Virus record (IMG/VR): IMGVR_UViG_3300008085_000097 | Location: 1-28,336 of that record | DNA: 28,336 bases | Direction: 5' to 3' (one strand) | From: a virus | Taxonomy: Duplodnaviria; Caudoviricetes | Shown: positions 25,848-28,336 of the stretch, in pieces | How positions within the stretch are numbered: position 1 is the stretch's first letter | Layout of the letters: each line of letters starts with the position of its first letter | Translations under genes and position numbers: made by a program | Notes under the pieces: generated by a model | What the model saw: the letters and a program-made list of their open reading frames with translations, nothing else | Databases searched by the model: none | What the model was told of the DNA's origin: nothing

Positions 25848-27061
25848 CCGTCGAGGCCAACACGCCGATCAGCCGCCACATCGTCGCGGGCACCGGCCCC
25901 TACGCGGTGGCGTTCCCGTACCTCGCCGGGTCGGTCACCGTCGCGATCGAGACGGCGACCCCGGACGGCACGGTGCGCAGCGTCCTCGACCCCGCCGATT
26001 GGAGCGTGTCGCCCGCAGCAACCGGCACCACCGGCACGCTGACCCTGACCGCCCCCGCCGCCGCCACCCACGCAGGCGCGCAGATCGTGATCGGCCGCCA
26101 GACACAGGCCGAACAGGGCTGGGCCGCCGTGCTGGGCCCGCGCGAGGACAGCCTTGGGTCGCAGCTCGACCGTCAGATCCTGATCGCGCAGGAACAGCGC
26201 CTTTCGGTCGGCGGTGCGTTGCGCATCGAGGGGGCATTGCCGCCCTTTGTCTGGACCAATGGCACCGTGCCGATCCTGATCGACGGGATGCCGCAGTCCG
26301 GGCCAAGCGCGACGCAGATTGCGGGCGCGGAGGGTTCGGCATCCGCCGCCGCGGCATCGGTGGTTGAAATCGCCGCCCTGCGTGATGAGGTGGCGGACCT
26401 CGTCGCCGCCGCGCCCGTCCCGCAATCGCGCACGATCTCGACCACCGGGCCCCTGACCGGAGGCGGGGCGCTGACTGGCGATCTGACGATTGCCCTTCCC
26501 GCGCCGCTGGTCGCGATCAATGGCACGGGCAACGGGCTGGTCGCGCGGACAGACGCAGGCGCCGCAGCGGCGCGCAGCATTGCGGGCACGACCAACCAAG
26601 TCACTGTCACGAATGGCGATGGCGTCGCGGCAAGCCCGACAATCGCGCTTACGTTCCCGTCACAGGCAGTGGCCGAGGCCGGGACCGATACGGTCAGCCC
26701 GATGAACGCCTTGCGCACGAAGCAGGCGATTGCGGCGCAGGTTCCGGGCGTCTTGAACGCGAGCGGAGCCGCGCCGCTCTTTGGTTGCCGCGCGTGGGTC
26801 AACTTTAACGGCACGACCACTGTCCCCGCCATCCGGGCCGCAGGGAACGTATCGAGCATCGTGCGAAACAGCGGGGGCAACTACACGGTCAACTTTGCCA
26901 CTGCAATGCAGGACGCGGATTACTGTGTCGTGGTGGCGCACAGCGGGGGGTTCGGGCAGGTCATCGTAGACACCGCAGCGGGAAGCTTTCGCGTCGGCTG
27001 CTGGAACACATCAGGCAACTTTGCCGACACCAGCGTCGTGACGGGTTCGGTTTTCAGGTAG
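25844..27061 (+). CDS. Tail fibre protein
   Basis: T7 gp17-like N-terminal anchor (GTGPYAVAFPYL...LDRQILIAQE), fibre motifs (GPLTGGG; SQAVAEAGTD...LRTKQAI) and C-terminal CRAWVNFNG...NVSSI...GNYTVNFATAMQDADY tip domain. Confidence 0.85.
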   Translation: MTVEANTPISRHIVAGTGPYAVAFPYLAGSVTVAIETATPDGTVRSVLDPADWSVSPAATGTTGTLTLTAPAAATHAGAQIVIGRQTQAEQGWAAVLGPREDSLGSQLDRQILIAQEQRLSVGGALRIEGALPPFVWTNGTVPILIDGMPQSGPSATQIAGAEGSASAAAASVVEIAALRDEVADLVAAAPVPQSRTISTTGPLTGGGALTGDLTIALPAPLVAINGTGNGLVARTDAGAAAARSIAGTTNQVTVTNGDGVAASPTIALTFPSQAVAEAGTDTVSPMNALRTKQAIAAQVPGVLNASGAAPLFGCRAWVNFNGTTTVPAIRAAGNVSSIVRNSGGNYTVNFATAMQDADYCVVVAHSGGFGQVIVDTAAGSFRVGCWNTSGNFADTSVVTGSVFR

Positions 27062-27071
27062 GGGCGCAGAC

Positions 27072-27281
27072 ATGGTTGATCCGATTATCGTCTATTTGAA
27101 CGACAGCGCCGAGCCTGTGTTTGTAGTGCCTTGGCTCTCGTGTGGGCTGACCGTTGCGCAGATCGCGGCGAAGGACGTTCCCGAAGGCAAAGCCTTTCTG
27201 ATCGTTGAGCGGGCCGACATCCCCACTGATGACGCAGAGCGCGCCGCGTGGGTTTCTGGCCTCCAGTTCCCTCAAACATGA
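27072..27281 (+). CDS. Putative tail-fibre assembly chaperone
   Basis: LTVAQIAAKDVPEGKAFLIV...DIPTD...RAAW pattern, immediately after the fibre. Confidence 0.65.
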   Translation: MVDPIIVYLNDSAEPVFVVPWLSCGLTVAQIAAKDVPEGKAFLIVERADIPTDDAERAAWVSGLQFPQT

Positions 27282-27301
27282 ACCCCTGAAAGGACACCCC
27301 C

Positions 27302-27571
27302 ATGCCCGCTATCCCCCTTCTTCCGAACCACTCGCCGACGCTGATCAGTCCCGGCAGGCGGATGTTTGCGATCACGCCGTCGAACAGCGCCGAGTTGCCG
27401 TTCCCGACCAAGGCGATCTATGTCGGCACTGCCGGCACAGTGGTCTGCGTCAATGCGGCAGGCGATGAGGTGTCCTGGCTGATGCAGCCGGGCAGCTACA
27501 TCGACGCCGAGATCATCCAGGTGAAGGCGACCGGCACCACGGCGACCGACATGATCGGGATTGCCGGCTGA
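27302..27571 (+). CDS. Head-spike base protein (RcGTA Rcc01079-like)
   Basis: 89 aa, SPGRRMFAITPSNSAEL...TKAIYVGTAG...VKATGTTATDMIG, with an AAAGGA SD. Confidence 0.8.
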   Translation: MPAIPLLPNHSPTLISPGRRMFAITPSNSAELPFPTKAIYVGTAGTVVCVNAAGDEVSWLMQPGSYIDAEIIQVKATGTTATDMIGIAG

Positions 27572-27831
27572 TGCCCCGGCACGGTCACGGTCACGGGATG
27601 GGGCGGCAGCGCGGCAGCGTGGGCTCGCCCGTCATTCGCGCGATCAACGCGCTGTTCCCCGGCTATCTCGACGGAACCCTTTTTGTCTGTGGGACGCCCG
27701 CTGATCCCGCATGGCACATAGCCGCAGGCGCACACGCCGGAACCGTCTTTGACTGCAACTGGCCTGCCCCCGGCGCGCCCGGAACCGGCCTCTACGCCAC
27801 ATTCGACTGCAACGCGGGGATACCAGCATGA
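27571..27831 (+). CDS. Small protein with GxGxGxG N-terminus, putative head-spike adaptor
   Basis: TGATG and ATGA coupling. MPRHGHGHGMG start and a duplicated FDCN motif. Confidence 0.6.
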   Translation: MPRHGHGHGMGRQRGSVGSPVIRAINALFPGYLDGTLFVCGTPADPAWHIAAGAHAGTVFDCNWPAPGAPGTGLYATFDCNAGIPA

Positions 27832-28336
27832 CCAAGATCACAACCGATTGGGCCGTGGGGGATACCGGCGCGCAAGTCGCCGCAAAACTCACCGCCATTC
27901 ACGATTACTACTTTGGCGCGGATGCCCGGAGCGGGGACACCGTGATTGGCGATATTTCAGGTCGCCTGACCCCGCTTCTCTCGGGGGCCAGTATTCCGGC
28001 TATTTCCTGTGGCGAGTTGATGCTCACGGTAGGCCCGAAACTCAACGCCCTGAACGACCCCGACGCATTCATCCTGAGCGCGTTGCTCCCCGGCAGCACC
28101 GCCCTCGTGGCCGCGATGCCGTCACCCGAGACGTGTTTCACCGACACAGCACGCACGACGCCTGCGACCGTGGGGCAGGCGGTGGCGGGCATTACCGATC
28201 CGTCAGGCTACGGGCTGCACCCCACGCAGGCGGTGGTCGCGTCTCGCCCCATTCTGCGGCAGGCGGGCACGGGTGAGTATTATCTCGAGTTCGACGGCGT
28301 GGACGATTTTCTGGTCACGCCGACGATCACGCCGGG
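27828..28336 (+). CDS. Fibre/LamG-like structural protein, truncated at the window end (not in the ORF track)
   Basis: Open from ATG27828 to the end: MTKITTDWAVGDTGAQVAAKL...CFTDTARTTPATVGQAVAGITDPSGYGLHPTQ...RPILRQ...YLEFDGVDDFL. Confidence 0.75.
   Translation, partial: MTKITTDWAVGDTGAQVAAKLTAIHDYYFGADARSGDTVIGDISGRLTPLLSGASIPAISCGELMLTVGPKLNALNDPDAFILSALLPGSTALVAAMPSPETCFTDTARTTPATVGQAVAGITDPSGYGLHPTQAVVASRPILRQAGTGEYYLEFDGVDDFLVTPTITP

Larger units (their letters stand above)
1..28336 (+). mobile_element. Temperate podovirus-like phage/prophage segment (BPP-1/epsilon15-like virion module), incomplete at both ends
   Basis: Co-oriented, translationally coupled gene order: cro-primase-helicase-terS-terL-portal-scaffold-capsid-tail tubular A/B-internal proteins-fibre. 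No tape-measure or sheath gene is recognisable. Confidence 0.95.

Noticed and set aside
3676-26880. Many long minus-strand and alternate-frame ORFs (e.g. 18509-20779, 22968-24632, 13419-14858)
   Set aside because: They are Arg/Pro/Gly-rich shadow frames of well-supported + strand genes in high-GC DNA, with no SD, motifs or coupling.
25844-28336. BPP-1-like diversity-generating retroelement
   Set aside because: No reverse transcriptase and no TR/VR repeat pair are visible. One could lie beyond the window.

Overview
The whole window is one continuous segment of a GC-rich temperate, podovirus-type (pro)phage, probably from an alphaproteobacterium. Rhodobacteraceae is inferred from composition, promoter style and an RcGTA-type head-spike gene. 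On the + strand it runs: Cro-like regulator, small early genes, Toprim primase, P-loop helicase, an iteron-rich origin, small and large terminase, gp13-like and gp7.3-like genes, T7/BPP-1-type portal, Bbp19-like protein, scaffold, major capsid, decoration protein, tail tubular proteins A and B, four internal (ejection) proteins, tail fibre with chaperone, and a head-spike module truncated at the right edge. No integrase, repressor, lysis genes, tRNA or CRISPR array are visible. The most interesting items are: (1) an inverted, self-contained three-gene cassette between primase and helicase with acr-aca-like architecture; (2) an ejection protein carrying a DdrB-like ParB domain next to an apparently decayed lytic-transglycosylase domain; (3) a GTA-type head-spike module whose docking peptide appears to be split off and His-substituted; (4) a cuckoo-like anti-SD hairpin cluster; (5) translationally coupled ORFs that bridge each cis-element. 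All family assignments come from motif recognition and gene order, not from database searches.
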